Source of the DNA: Lenisia limosa
Lineage: Eukaryota; Protista; Breviatea
Direction: 5' to 3'
Assembly: GCA_001655205.1 (NCBI GenBank)
Contig: LPNZ01010338.1
Coordinates: forward strand, 1-34,203
DNA: 34,203 bases
The notes under the pieces are model-generated. The model saw only the letters and a list, made by a program, of their open reading frames with translations, did no database searches and was not told the DNA's origin. A program made the position numbers and the translations under genes. Position 1 is the stretch's first letter, and every line of letters starts with the position of its first letter. Shown piece by piece: positions 1-13,500 of the stretch.

Positions 1-180
1 GGGGGGGGGGGGTATTCAGATGTGATGGAGATGGGTCCATCGCATATATTTTCAGAACCCTTCATACGTATCCTTAAAATGAAGCAGAATTTCATCAATA
101 TTAGATTGAAAATATATAGTTTTCCTGATATTGTATTGAAATATTTTGATACTAGCTGACTGAAACACCCCTCCCCCCAC

Positions 181-3100
181 AGTCGCCGACAGTGCCGTAT
201 CCAGAGTACGTTGACCGCTTGCGACCACCGTACATATAAAGCCTATCTCCGACAATGGTTGTACTAGAACAAAGTGAATAAAACTACAATCAAGTCCAGC
301 ACATAATACACCACAGGATTCAAATAATATGCCAAAAAGGGAACAATAAAAAAGAAAGCTTTTTATCCTCATCCATTCTTACCTTGCATGAGTTCTCCAC
401 GGAGGGGAAGGTCCTTTAACTTCCACCTCGGCCCATACCAATGACTGAAACAGTAAAGTGCGGACTACTATTAACCATACCTTCACTGCATTCATTATGA
501 TCAAGCCCAAGAGACCCCCCCCCCACATCCAAATCAAGTGTCCATAAGTCATCACAGTAGAGGGGCATCATGCTGTTAGGTGGGAAGGGTGCCTTGTACC
601 CGCTCCAAATATAAGCTTGGTCTAAAGTTGTGACGACTGATAGACGGATACTGAAAGGACCCGAACGGGAAAGGTGAAGAACCTCATATCAAATTTGATA
701 TGGTAGTAATCTGTTTGTGCCATGATTTTAACATTCCCTTTTACAAGTCAGATAACGCAAAGGTTGAATACGACATATTTCATAAATCATATAGATGTCT
801 ATTTGCAAACACATGTGATAAAATTCAACCGTTGTTCAATTAAAAACAGTTGGTCGTACAGCATTCAATTGAATTAGCAGGCTGACTCCCCCTCCCTACG
901 AGTGCCCGAATTTAGCCATCTTTGTGAAAAGGAACGTAGAGGAGGCATATTAGAGGGCTTCAGTAGCTCAATGCTCTGGAGGGTCAGGAAGTGCTATAAT
1001 ATTGGGAAGTGGTCAAATAAAAAAATTATATTGAAAAATTTGTAATAGTCAAAAAAAATGTAAGATCGAAACTCATCTTATCAGCGCAAACGTTAGTATT
1101 ACCTGTTGCCGATCAAATATATTATAAAAAATGACATGTATATATTATATTATATATTATATGATATATCAGAAAAAAAAGACCCCTCTCAACAGTGGGT
1201 CTTCATTGCAACCCACCATATCATCATTAATAAGGAACGTCTCTTCAATTGCTTCGGGAGCAAAGGGGCAATTTGTTTGGTAAGGCAAGGAAAGACACAA
1301 TGGGTTCACTGATTGACCAAAGAAGAGATACGTGCCCCCGGGGACACTGAAAGGATAAAAAAAATATCAAAGAATATACTACTTTATGCGGTATAGCTAT
1401 ATAGCTATATAGTATTTGAGATACATACAGTGAATAGCATATGTGATACATATAATATATAGTAGTAGCTATATGATATTTACATCATATACATATTCAT
1501 ATAGTACAGTGTATATTGCATAAAATGTACATATCATAACTGATAGTATATTGAACGAACAGTTATCAATCAAATAATGTAGCCTTGTATCCTCAGAGTT
1601 TCAATTGAAGGTCAACTCCCTACCGAATAACAATATTTCTACATAAAATATCTTACTTTGACCTCCTACTTGAGGAAGGTTTCGCCTGTAGGCCACAGTG
1701 GAACCTTGGTATTGTCTGGGTAGCTCATTTGCACTTCGGTCAGAGAATCTTCTTGGATGTCGTAAATCATAGCCTGTGGTGTGAGGTTTTTGGATGGAAA
1801 TAGAAAAGTGAAGGTTAAAATAATTATTTAATTTTATATTTCGCTTTATTTACGTTTTCGCATTCATTCAATAGAAGAGACCCTCCACATAAACAACCCA
1901 AAGCTAACAGTGTGAGAAGGGATTGCAGGGTCATGAGATAAGAACAGATTGTCCCTGAAGAAATTTTCTCTGATTGCCTCATCAAGTTGGGTATTGGTCA
2001 TAGAGTTCTGCAGAAAGGTTAAACAGCCAGAACTAGTATAAACATGCCACGAAAAAAACAGCCTTCTATTCTAACGTACCGAGAAATCAAGTCGATTCAA
2101 TGATGTTTTCGAGAAATCCCGAGTGAAAACCACCTTCATTCCAAGAGTGTATCCCTAAGTGTTAAGAAATACACAGAAGCTGATGACACATCAATGGAAA
2201 ACTGAAACGCTTAAAATGACAAATAAATGGAGAAACATACCAGACGGTAACTGAAAGACGCTGAAAAAATTGACCCTGGAATCTGCAGCAGGTGAGTGTG
2301 GGACTTCAGAGTGTGTATACATGTCATATCCATATTTTGTAATATATTATACTGTATGTATTATAGACATCTACTTATAGGTGTGCAACAACAAAACTGC
2401 TTTAGCTTCAGAAAAAACGTAGGGTACGCCTACAAGATACGCCTGGAACAGAGGTAGAGATTCCTCGTCTGAGTCTATTTTCCTGAGTACAAGGTTGACC
2501 TTGAACCCTGTGACAAGTTCACACTCTTTAAGCTTGGCTGAAGAGTGATATGTGCTTCTTTGTCCAAAAATGATTATACAAAATGTAACGTAATTAAATT
2601 AGTTTTGGTATTCATGTGTATTCTATTGATGTATCTCATTGCTTATTTCACCGATATTCGTGATCTCAAAAACGGGTATAACTCAAACTTGCATATACAA
2701 TAAATCAAGCATACCTCCATATAGGACGTCTAGAGTTATGTCAATTGTCAGATTGGCGTTCTGTGAGAAGATTCTTTGGGAAATGGGCTCATCAAAGTAG
2801 TCCAGGCTTCGCCCTGAAGTTTTAGAGCCAACAGTTGAGGTAGTGATTCCGCCAAATCAGAAGGGACATACCCCCTGGCCAACAATTGACATACCCCCTT
2901 GGCCAACCATTGACAGCATCATAGTCCTCCTGTGGGTACACTTCTAAAGAGTGAGTTTTGCGTTCTTAAGATGAAATGAGACAAAGTGAAGTCAGATCCT
3001 TACATACTTCCACATGAGAGGCTTTTTAAGTCAGTAATGTTCGAAGGAGGACTGAATTCTACAGAGATACGTAAATTGGAATATAAAAAAGTACCAATAT

Positions 3101-6100
3101 AGATTGTATATAAATGTCTCATTTAAAAAATCGAACCAACTATGGTAATACCCTTATCTCCACCTGTTTCAGCATAGAAAGCCTCGGGCCGAACAATGAC
3201 ATTGGGCCGGACAAGGAGTAACTCGCAGGCACTTGTTGTGGTGAAGAGCAGTTCAAGGTTGAAGAGGACAGAATACTCCACTTCGACCTCTAACACATGT
3301 CCTGTGTTGGTGATACTAAACGTGCCGACATATCTTTTGATCTTGATGTTCAAGAGTTCAAATACTAAGGTGGATGATTTGTACAACTTCTAAACTAATC
3401 TGCTTTCTTTCTTAGCCCGATGTATATCATATACTATATTACATATTATCTCCATATTAAAAAACAAAATAGATCAGATTATATTTATTACAAACCTTCG
3501 GGAATTATGACAGATAACGAAGGTGACCCTATTCCGTAGGCTTGCATTGCATTGTAGCCATACTAAACGGTTAGTGAAAGCAAATGGATATTATTATATT
3601 CAGGAGATGCAATATCGAGTCTGGTATGACAGAACTTACAAAAACAAACTTCTGAGTAAAAACAAGTGAGCTGACCCCCAACCTGGGCTCGGATAGTCTC
3701 CGGATGGTCCACACGTAGGTCCATGATTTTGTCCTGGAAACGGCCCACAACGGCCACAGTAGCATTCCTGTGGAATTAATTGGAATACTTGCAATAGCAA
3801 AACCACGTAATCAACTCTAATGCGAGTTTTCAAAACCAGAGTTTAAAATAGTCGCAATAAATAGACAGGAAACAATTAAATATTTGTAGGTATTTGAGAG
3901 AAAAAAGACCAGCCAGACATCATTCTCACTTTGTTATCGTTTGCGTTGGAGGGTTGGGGAGGAGTTGAAATACTTCGAGCTTATTGGTAACTTCCACTCG
4001 AATGTACTCGTCCCTACGGTTTTGAGTTTCATTACAGGAAATGGTGGGACTGAATTGAATGAGTGCTGTCCAATTACTCACAAACCAGGTTCATGCTTCA
4101 CTCAGTAATGAGCTTGCACTGGCATAGAAAAAATATTAAAACAATAGTATTGAACTTGACCACATCTCAAATTCAATCAAACTAACCTATTAATGGGGTC
4201 AACATTATCTCTGGGCGTGAGAGAAATTTCGTATGTTGACGAGCGGTAAACTGTGGTATTCAACTCTCCATCTAGATTAGTCAGGTAAATAACAACGCTG
4301 GTGTGAATGCAACATTTCCTACTAAGAAGATCAAAATTAAAATGAGAAAGCCCTCATCCACTCCCTTGATCTTACATTCCCAATAACACACTTGCCCTAC
4401 ATGGATCCGTCACAGTGATATCGAAGTATTTGTTGAAGTCAAAGCGGCGGAAGTAGAAGTGGAAATAGGATACGTAAGGACCAAAGCGAAGGTCGTCTGA
4501 TGTTCTAAAGGAATAACATTATTTGAATTCAAATATACTGGAGGTCTATTGAAAAAACATATGATATATGTAGAAGAAGCCTGTACTTGTGTTCAAACAC
4601 TGTACCACTATCTTACATATTTATAAACCAAATTATCAGCAAAATAAAAGAGATATCAATAAGTTACTTATTGCGCGAATATTTTCGAATATTTTTCCCC
4701 TAAGAAAGAGGTATCGAATAGATCTTCTGATCCCAAAGCATACAAGCACTCTAGTGTGAGTTCTCCTGATGTTCCAGCCCCAACACTTGGAGCACCAGAA
4801 AACTGGGACTTTGAGTGATCTGGAAGACCTGTAATTGTCAGAAATGATCCTCAAATGACATTCCTATAATAAAAATACAGTTCAAGGAAAAATTCATAAC
4901 TGGCTAAAGATCGTATTATCATAAGATCCACTTGAAGCTAACCAGGAACATAAATGAGATTGCGGCTGTATGTAATGTTTTCAAACTCAATGCTAAATTG
5001 TCAGGCGTTGCAAAACTGAACAAACGTGTTGAAAGGTCTCAGAAAGAGTAACCGTTAGTGTTCCTCACATTCAAAACAAACATGTTCACCAAAAACCAAC
5101 ACATTCGAGGGTATTAAGACCCCAGCATACTAGAGAATCGCCATTTGATTAGTGTAGGCATTTTCGTGAAGAACATCATAGCGAACAAGAACACCGTCTC
5201 CGTCCTATTCAGTCAATGTTGTGAGGAAGTGAACAAATGTGCGCCAAAAGAATAACACACCAAACATAGGAATTAGAATGGCATCGATTATTGGTGGAAA
5301 TAAGAAATCAGGTATCGAAACAGGGATATTGATTGTGTTATCAATTAACAATAAAGAACTAAGAAATAAACCAATGTTTCGCAACCACACACACCTGCTC
5401 AAGAGTGATATTTGGTGTTACTGGTTCAGGGTAGGCGAGTATTGTAACAAAGTCTACTTCCTTGAACCCTTCTCCCTCGAAACGAATCAGCATGCCCTGA
5501 ATAGCGGTAAAAGGTGGATGGCACCACATGTGCAAGTGATACACAATGTATACGAATGCCACCCAAATACCCGGACATCATTATATTCGCGATCAAAAAG
5601 CGCCACTGCAGCTTGCCGCGTCTCAGTCAAAGACTCATTGTAGATTCGAGGCCCTGATGATCATAAATTACCAAAACATAATCCAGATGTTCGATTATGT
5701 ATCACCTTTGCTGCTGCCCAGGATATGACGCCAAACTACAGCAAACCATCTCAAAATCTTCGTTTCTCTATGTTTCACCCCCTCCGCTCACCCCTTGCCC
5801 AGGCAACTTCAAAGGTACCTGAAGACCCCTCAGAAATCTCAACAGAGGTGAGGCAGCCAAAAACATTGACTTCGTAGATAGCAGCCCCGCTATTAAGTAA
5901 ATAGTAAGCTGATTGTTGTAGGTAAAGATGGGCAACAAATGACAAACTAATTGTCATAAAAAAAAGTAAACCCCCATACAATACTCTGTTTCTTCCTTCA
6001 ATGAATCCAAACTCGGCGTATTCAGGGTTGTCTGGTGCGCTTGGTGCCCTTTGGGAATGAGGCATTGAGCGACGTTATTGGGTAGGTAGGAAAAAGGAGA

Positions 6101-7140
6101 GATAAGGAAAACTTGTCCCAAACACCCTCGAGACTCCCTCCCCCAACACACCAAACTTGGTAGTAGCCAGGGTCGTCAAAATAATTGAGAGGCATCTTCT
6201 GGGTAAGCATCTTGGTAGCCCCCTAGAGGCCGGTTAAAGAGAGTAAGCAAATTGGAAGAGGGAAACGGTGTTAGTCAGTGGTGCTAATTGCGATTCCTCT
6301 TATTCATGTTCCAAAATTATACAATTTCACCCTCTAACATAAGAAGACGAATGCTGTGAGCTATAGCCTTCGACTGAGTCAGGAACGCCATAACTGTAAT
6401 CCTAGATAGATTACACTGAACTTGCAGAGAAAAAAAGAGACAGGATCCCCCTAACATTGTCAAGGTTTACTGCCGCCTCAATGCGAAGTTCCGATGCTAA
6501 CAAGGGGGAAGCATCCTACAAATTAGACAGAAATAGACGTTAGAAGGGAAGAGGGTCAACCAAAGGTCTTTCGCTGACCCGTTTAGTGATGCGGAAGATG
6601 TTGTCGTTTCTGCGAGAAGAGGAGTTAACGAAGACATATTCAGAGGAAAATCCCTCATATTTCAAAGGTTCTTCAAATATATAGCCAAAGCACAGCTGGA
6701 AGAACCCCAGAAGAGCGAAAAGCCGACAGATTTCAATTGACATCGATTAGCTAATGATCGGCTAAACACTCTCTCTATCAAATATAGCTTTTATTCAATT
6801 ACTTAAACATCTCCCATCATAAAATTGTCACATATTTGCTTCGGAACAAAATTGTTATATATGAGGAATTTTCATAGGCGTGTCATGGCATTTTTGAACA
6901 AGTTAAAAAAACAACAAACACACTATTGCAACATGTGCAACATGATGAAAAATTGAAAAATTTGTATTGTAGTTTTATATAACCCCAAGGAGGGTTTGTG
7001 TGTGGTTTCTTTGGGACTCGGGGACTTCTGTTTCCTGGGTTGTATACCCCAGATATTGATTTAAGTTCCCGAATTCCCGATTCAAAAATCAATGCACAGT
7101 CAATGCATATAAAGAGACACAATATTATAACCAATGCCAT
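181..7140 (-). CDS. Large multi-exon secreted/surface protein with C-terminal Kelch repeats (3' end runs toward or off the window start)
   Basis: The first exon encodes a hydrophobic signal-peptide-like MALVIILCLFICIDCALIFESG (ORF 6883-7140). Phase-consistent splicing of exons 527-650, 383-444 and 181-263 gives ...AYIWSGY...YCDDLWTLDLD|SLVWAEVEVKGPSPPWRTHAS|TTIVGDRLYMYGGRKRS, a typical Kelch repeat. About 25 further short exons bounded by GT/AG lie between these; not all were phased. Confidence 0.75.
2865..2915. repeat. 23/24-bp tandem duplication spanning a splice donor
   Basis: gacataccccctggccaacaatt (2865-2887) is followed by gacatacccccttggccaaccatt (2888-2911). Each copy carries GTATGT on the minus strand. 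Confidence 0.85.
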
Positions 7141-7503
7141 CGAGAAACATTAAATAATAAGAATAAGAAAAACGGTGAAACGGTCTATTTTTTCACCTTC
7201 TTTGGTGAAGAATCTACATCGGTAAAAGGAGAGCAACTCGGTGATTTTGAATCTCAATAGTATTTGACGGGTATTTGACCAATCACATTCAAGGTTATTC
7301 TACATATTACAAGTAAATAAATACCCTCCCCAATACTCTAGACTTTCCAAGTGAAAGCTGCATTTCACAAACCTTGGGGTAATGCATGTCGCTTAAACAT
7401 GGACGCAATACTAGGTTGGCCCCACCCTCCTGGTGATGGTTAATGGTTCAGATTTTATTTGCTGTCATCTACAAAGAAAATAACAAGTTCTGTTACATCT
7501 TCC

Positions 7504-9314
7504 TCAAAATTCATAATATGTCATCCCTAGGCCATCTACCTCATATGCCAGAATCTGATCATTGTCTGAAAAAATCTCTGGAATTCAATAAATGTTCTGT
7601 GAATAAACCATAATCTAAGCCAAAGAAAACACATCTAACCTGGAGGCGCAATACAATTGTGGCTTGTTGAATGGGCAAGAGCTTGGTTGTCAACTTTTCG
7701 GCTAGATTGTTAGAAGACCAAGGAAAGGGAACTTTCGTGCTTTGGGTGTCACTGACTCGATCAAAATACGGCCCCCACTCACAATTGAAGCGAATTGGCG
7801 ATAGCATTTGCAGAGCAAATGATGTCAGGGATAGTTAATTTCCGGGTCAAATAAGCATCAACCTGGTTGCGTGATGAAAGGTCTATCTATTCGTAACTGA
7901 TATGTTTTTGGAGAGTCATGTGAGATCTGAATACCACCTCCTACATCCTTTGCTTCCAAGAACACCGGCATTCGATGATGGCACCATTGAAGGTGTTTTG
8001 CAGCCGCAGTGGTCAGAATCGTGTAGCAATTGGACTGGTCAACAAGGCCCGCCAGGAAGAGGAGGGGGGCCTTGGGTTTTGATGAAGGTGACACTGTTTG
8101 GTGAGTTTGAACCCTAAGCTAATCGTAATTGCTCATCGAATCCTGAATTGCCTTATCTCTAAGCTGATATGTTCAAACAAGACACATATATGATGTAATA
8201 CATATTACAAAAAGGAAAAAAAAAATTAAAAATTAAAAAAAAAATAAAAAAGAAATTGCAAACCGAGTGTTTCTGAAGACCGAATATCCCCTTTGGGGAG
8301 AGCAAATTTCGGAGGTCGACCAGCAGAAAGAAAGGTGTCATTAGGGTGGAACACGTAAGGCTCTTTGTTACTCCATTCGTAGAACCTTAGAAAAATTACC
8401 CAAAATGAGTCATTCTATTTCAGTACCAAACATTAGCTTTTTGGGACGATAGTAACAGTTAATGAAATCATACCCTTCAATTGGAACCACACATCGTCCG
8501 TCCAAAGATGTAAACAGAGTCCTGGATTATCATTATGCAACAAACCTGAAAAGAACATCACATTCATTTGATTACAACACAAACGATGTCAGCATTGCTC
8601 ACAAGACAAAAGCTTGAAAATTCAATTGTAATACTATTTCACAATTACACAACAGCAGGCTACACAACATGCACCAGGTTTTTGATTCAAAACTTCACCG
8701 CAAATCCCAGCCAACTTCAGCCCAGAAAGCTCTTCAATGCTTTCCACCCGGTTATTGATGGAGACGTGTTGCGAGTGAGGCTATGGAGTTAGCCGAGGGA
8801 ATGGTGGTGATACCACAAAAAAGTATTGAATATCTGTATTTCAAATGACAGCAGCGTACCAATTGGAGTCCCCAGGTTGAAAGGGAAAGCTCTCTTCCCG
8901 TTTCTACTCAGTAAATAAAATAACCATACAGAGTGGAGTCATACAGAAATCCAGAGGTGTATCTTGGACATAGGAAAAAACTGACTTGATGACATCACAT
9001 ACCCTTGTTGTCCTTGTTTGTTCGTCTGTTGTAAAGTTAAAGAAGAACAGACAACGATTATTTTCAACAATAAACAAGATGAATAATCGAGTGAAGCCAG
9101 ACTCCTCGCCAACCTATCCCAAACGATCAACGGGCTTTTAGTTGAAGGTTTGACATTGTAATTTGAAGCATACTTGATTTCCGTTGTATCCTTATAGAAT
9201 AAGCTTGAGAACACCCGATACACTATCAAAATCACATCCCTACCTTATTTTCTGGAACATTGCAGTAGTTCCGCAAGGCTGGAGCCGACATTGCTAGAAT
9301 TACCCGGCCACACA
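7504..9314 (-). CDS. HMCES: SRAP-domain (HMCES/YedK-family) abasic-site processing protein, multi-exon
   Basis: Phase-consistent splicing gives (M)CGRVILAMS...NYNVKPSTKSPLIVW...RELSLSTWGLQLPHSQHVSINNRVESIEELSGLKTLFTSLDGRCVVPIEGFYEWSNKEPYVF...LFLAGL...CYTILTTAAAKHLQWCHHRMPVFLEAKDVDAYL...FRKVDNQALAHSTSHNCIAPP. This contains the SRAP motifs CGR, YNxxP, WGL, INxRxE, RCxVPxxGFYEW, TILTT and HxRMP. The exact 3' end and first exon are uncertain. Confidence 0.92.
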
Positions 9315-10593
9315 CTACATCCGTGATAAAGGGTGCTAACGGCTATTTCAACCACCTTCCTAAATATAAAACAAAGTAAAATCACTTCATCCCCCCCCCC
9401 CCNNNNNNNNNNNNNNNNNNNNNNNNNNNNNNNNNNNNNNNNNNNNNNNNNNNNNNNNNNNNNNNNNNNNNNNNNNNNNNNNNNNNNNNNNNNNNNNNNN
9501 NNNNNNNNNNNNNNNTGTTTCGGTCCTTTGAAGTCTGACTGTATCAAATTGTAACTGGAGTGTCAAACGGTATGAATCAGTACAAAAAAAAATATCTCTT
9601 TGTTTCGAAAGGTTGCTAAGAAAATATCTGACAAAAAAAACAAATCTTTATAAAATCGACCAGATACTATAGTCAATGTGAAGCTCTGAAAAAGAGAATG
9701 GCACATTCCAAAAAGATAGAACAGAGTGAGGTGCTGGGGGAATACACTACTACATACTGCAAAGAAACACATGAAAGTTTAACAACATGGTAAATGGGTC
9801 CAGGAACCACCTTATAACCAAAATGCCGATGCTATGCTGGTCTCCAGGATTCTGGTAGTGCTGAGAGTGTGATAATGGGTGGGAATGATATGTGATGGGT
9901 GGGTGTGCCTTGGAGAGTGTGGCTTCTTGAGCTGCATGTACGCTTCTTGTACGCTTGTGCTGCTGCTAGTACTCTCTGGTACTCTGTAATTTTCGTGTGG
10001 TGTCTATACCCCGGACGGTCCCTGGTTATACTTCCTTTTCAGAAGGGCCCCAGTGCTTTCGAGATGTTCCGCTGTCAATAATAAGCCATTTTTCTAATAG
10101 CTGAACATCCCCAGGACCCTCCACCACTTCTTCCCACCTCCAAAAAGTCAGGTCCTTCATTGCAGGAACATTTCGGAGCATTTGGTCTAGTTTTTGCACT
10201 GACATATATATATCTAAGGACGGGATCCCAAGCCCCTTTTTTTATTATCAGCCGTAGCCGAAGTGTATTCTTTTGACTTTTGGGCTAACTGAATAAGTGT
10301 TGTTGCATTTATCAGATACTTCCAACCACTCCAGAAGTCTTCTACTCAAATAGAATGATGACAATTGAGTTCCACTGTCACATCGGTATCCTTGGTGTTT
10401 TGTAGCGTGTTTCTCTTTCCCTCTGTTTCTTTGCTGTTTTTCTTCTTTTTTTTTTTCATGTTATGATTCTGTACATATATATATACTATATGATATGGTC
10501 TTTTTCTCACTTTTCAAAGAAACATTATGTATACACAAAAAAAAACAACCCATATTCAGCAAAATACCCCCCTAAAGACACATCTCCACAACC

Positions 10594-13500
10594 CTAAATT
10601 GCATGGAGCTCCTTTCCATAGTCATTTGAACTTGACTTCTTCTTCATCAGCATAGCCCCCGCTCCTCCAACAACAACCACTCCTGCAATGTGTAAAAGAT
10701 GTCCTAGCGTAGCAAAAACGTTCAAATGATGATCACCCCTCCCCTTACCAGCAACACCCGCAGCAATGATGCCAACAGGCATTCCGGAGTCGTCAGAGGT
10801 ATCAGCCTCTTCGGGGTCAGCGTTACCACCCTAAAAGATTAAGATATGGGGCACAGAGCAATGGGAAGAATGTCAGCCTCATATTAGGTGGTAGGTGCGA
10901 GTTTCATTAATTATGAAGTCCAGTGAACAGAAATGTATACACTCCGCAGTATAAGATATGTACAATGTCCAACTATCTTCATCATCGACAAACCTCGGAA
11001 GACCCCTGGTTGTCAGGCTTTGTAGGTTCTGTACCAGGATCGCCGTTATTGGAGTCGAAGTAGACTGGCGTTCTGTGGGATGATTACACACGCGAATGAT
11101 AACATCAAAACCAGATCTTCAACCATCCTGTAGATAGTGTGGACGGCTTAGGTCAGATATCCTTGTTTTTTTTTTACAAATAACCCCAGTCCTTTGTCAT
11201 CATTAAACAGAAGGCAGTCCATCAAAAGCGCTTACGATTCAAGTGACCATGACTCTTTGTTGTCGATGGAAATGCGGATGTTGTAAGTGGTTTTGTCGTC
11301 AACCTAAGGCGGTCATACTTGAAAAGAGAGACAAAGAATTATGAACCATATGGCGAATGAAAAAGTACCCACCTCGTCAGGAACCTTGCAGCCGACTATT
11401 AAGGTCTCAACAATCACGGTAGACTCCATAATGACATCAGAAGACCCGGCTTTTTCAAACTTGTTGAGTCAGAGGTATTAATAGGCTATCTAGAACACCA
11501 ATCAACCCAAACCCAAACAGCGGTCAGTGCCAACCTTGCAAAACACCCTGTCGACAATGACGTCATGAAGAGGAGATACTGGGATTTGGAGCCATTCCGA
11601 GTCAGGCAGGGCAATCTGAAAAAAAAGGGGGGGTAAGAAAAGAACGCTATAACCTTCCATAAATAAAAGAACAACTATCAACTCTATTGACTCTTTCATT
11701 CAGAAAAGTTTAACAGCTGTATCATCTCTCAAGCGCAATTCTTCGTATGCTATTCTCCTTACCTGCGGTCTAACTCTGAGAAGAGTTGGCTCACTATAGC
11801 GATACACCTAGGGTGATCAGACAGATGTAGATCCTTTCTAGATATTTATGCGATATGGTTCCATTCAAATGTGTATATCAGCTCTCCAAACTTCTCCCTT
11901 ACTCAGCCAATTAGCCAAAATCTCAGCATTCCACCCTACCGGCATGGGTTTACCAGGACGATAAGAAACATATCCTAAGGACACGTCTAACTTGAAGAAA
12001 CCAAGTCCGTCAATCAACTCCGTGCATGTCACCTGTTGGAGTGAGACGTTTTAAATCAGGAATTGCAGCAGTCCGCTGTTACATAATACAGTCGAAGTTT
12101 GAGGATTGTGATCATTAATTCGGGATTCAACAATATTATTCCCCTCCTACGGTAGAAGAGTCAACCTTGACAGCGTTGATCTTTGATCCAGCGAAACGGC
12201 ACACCATTCCTTTAAAGGGTAACATTTGGTGTATCAATAAAGTGTAGACGGCGGCGCTAATCAGATCAGTTCAGTACGTCGTCCCCCACTAACCATCGAC
12301 AGCAGTACCTTCCTTGAGATTGAAGGTGACGGTGAAGGAGCTTTCTTCCTCACTCCACTTGTACTACAAAGAAGATGTCGAATGATTGAACAACTTCAGC
12401 AAATCCAGTTTAATGATGTAAGTAATCTGTTCACAAAATACTTACTTTGTCAAGAGAAAAGTAAAATAAAAACAACTTAAAAAGTCATTTCAATTTCCAC
12501 ACCCCTCTCACGAATTTTGGTGAATAGTCGAGGATCTCGGGGTAGAAATCAGTGTAACACGTTCCCTCAAGACCAGGCTGATTACATGTCTCTGAAGGCG
12601 TATCACAACGCTCATTGCAGCAATAGCCGTCCGTGCTAATTTGTTAAATCTGAAAACGGGTCACTTTTGATCACGCCGTATTTAACAACCTACCAAAAAC
12701 CGTAATAGCACTCTGAGTCATCCGTGCAGGCTGAGAACATGAGATGAACAAATGACACTGGTCAAATACATTCAAGTTACCCAATTACCTAATCCTCTTG
12801 GCTTAATAAACTCGCATTTCCCTTCTTTGGAGCAGTAGTACTTAGACGAAGTACCGCAATCAGAAGCCTGAGAGCAGACCTTATCCTATTGAAATTAGTG
12901 GTGAGGGTACTCTGTTTGAATCATCGGAAAATCGTAAGTCTGAAGAGTAAACCAAGAATAAAACTCATTTAAGTATGCNNNNNNNNNNNNNNNNNNNNNN
13001 NNNNNNNNNNNNNNNNNNNNNNNNNNNNNNNNNNNNNNNNNNNNNNNNNNNNNNNNNNNNNNNNNNNNNNNATCGCGGGTGAACATTGTGGCGCAAGATT
13101 GGCTCCATGGGCTGTAGCACATGTGAGTCTGGGCGTATTTGCCTCCTACAAGGTTGGTTGAAAAGGGCTACACGATTTAAATAGCGACATATCCCCATTG
13201 TTTACAAACTTATAATTGGGTCAAATGATTTCTGAAGAGAACACATTACAAAGAGCCCCTCACCAGAGCATCCAGTTCCGGGACACATAGATCCGAAGTT
13301 TCTATCGCAGAATCCGCTGCCATTACACACTCCTAAGCAATTAACAAATTAGTTGGGAATATGGTAGTATTTGGGGCTGTTCGAAGAAGACGGAATGTCT
13401 CGATAAATTCTCGATAAATATCACTATTATATCGGTCGTTCTGGAACCGGATGGAAGCCCTAGTATTATAGTATATACAGTATTAATGCATTAGGGTTTG

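Noticed and set aside
4050-4081. Apparent 32-nt intron (GTGAGT...TTCAG) in the Kelch gene
   Set aside because: The would-be upstream exon (4082-4118) has stops in all three frames, and the acceptor joins in phase to the earlier donor instead.
5390-5880. Calx-beta domain suggested by VEISEGSSGTFEV and EYNDVRGMLIRFEGEGFKEVDFVTIL
   Set aside because: After correct phasing the intervening sequence does not fit the Calx-beta pattern well, and the similarity is too weak to call without an HMM search.
9700-10500. Possible small minus-strand gene between the protease stop and HMCES (fragments such as AKTRPNAPKCSCNEGPDFLE and EDFWSGWKYLINA)
   Set aside because: The composition is somewhat exon-like, but I could not build a phase-consistent model or recognise a motif. 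It needs RNA-seq.
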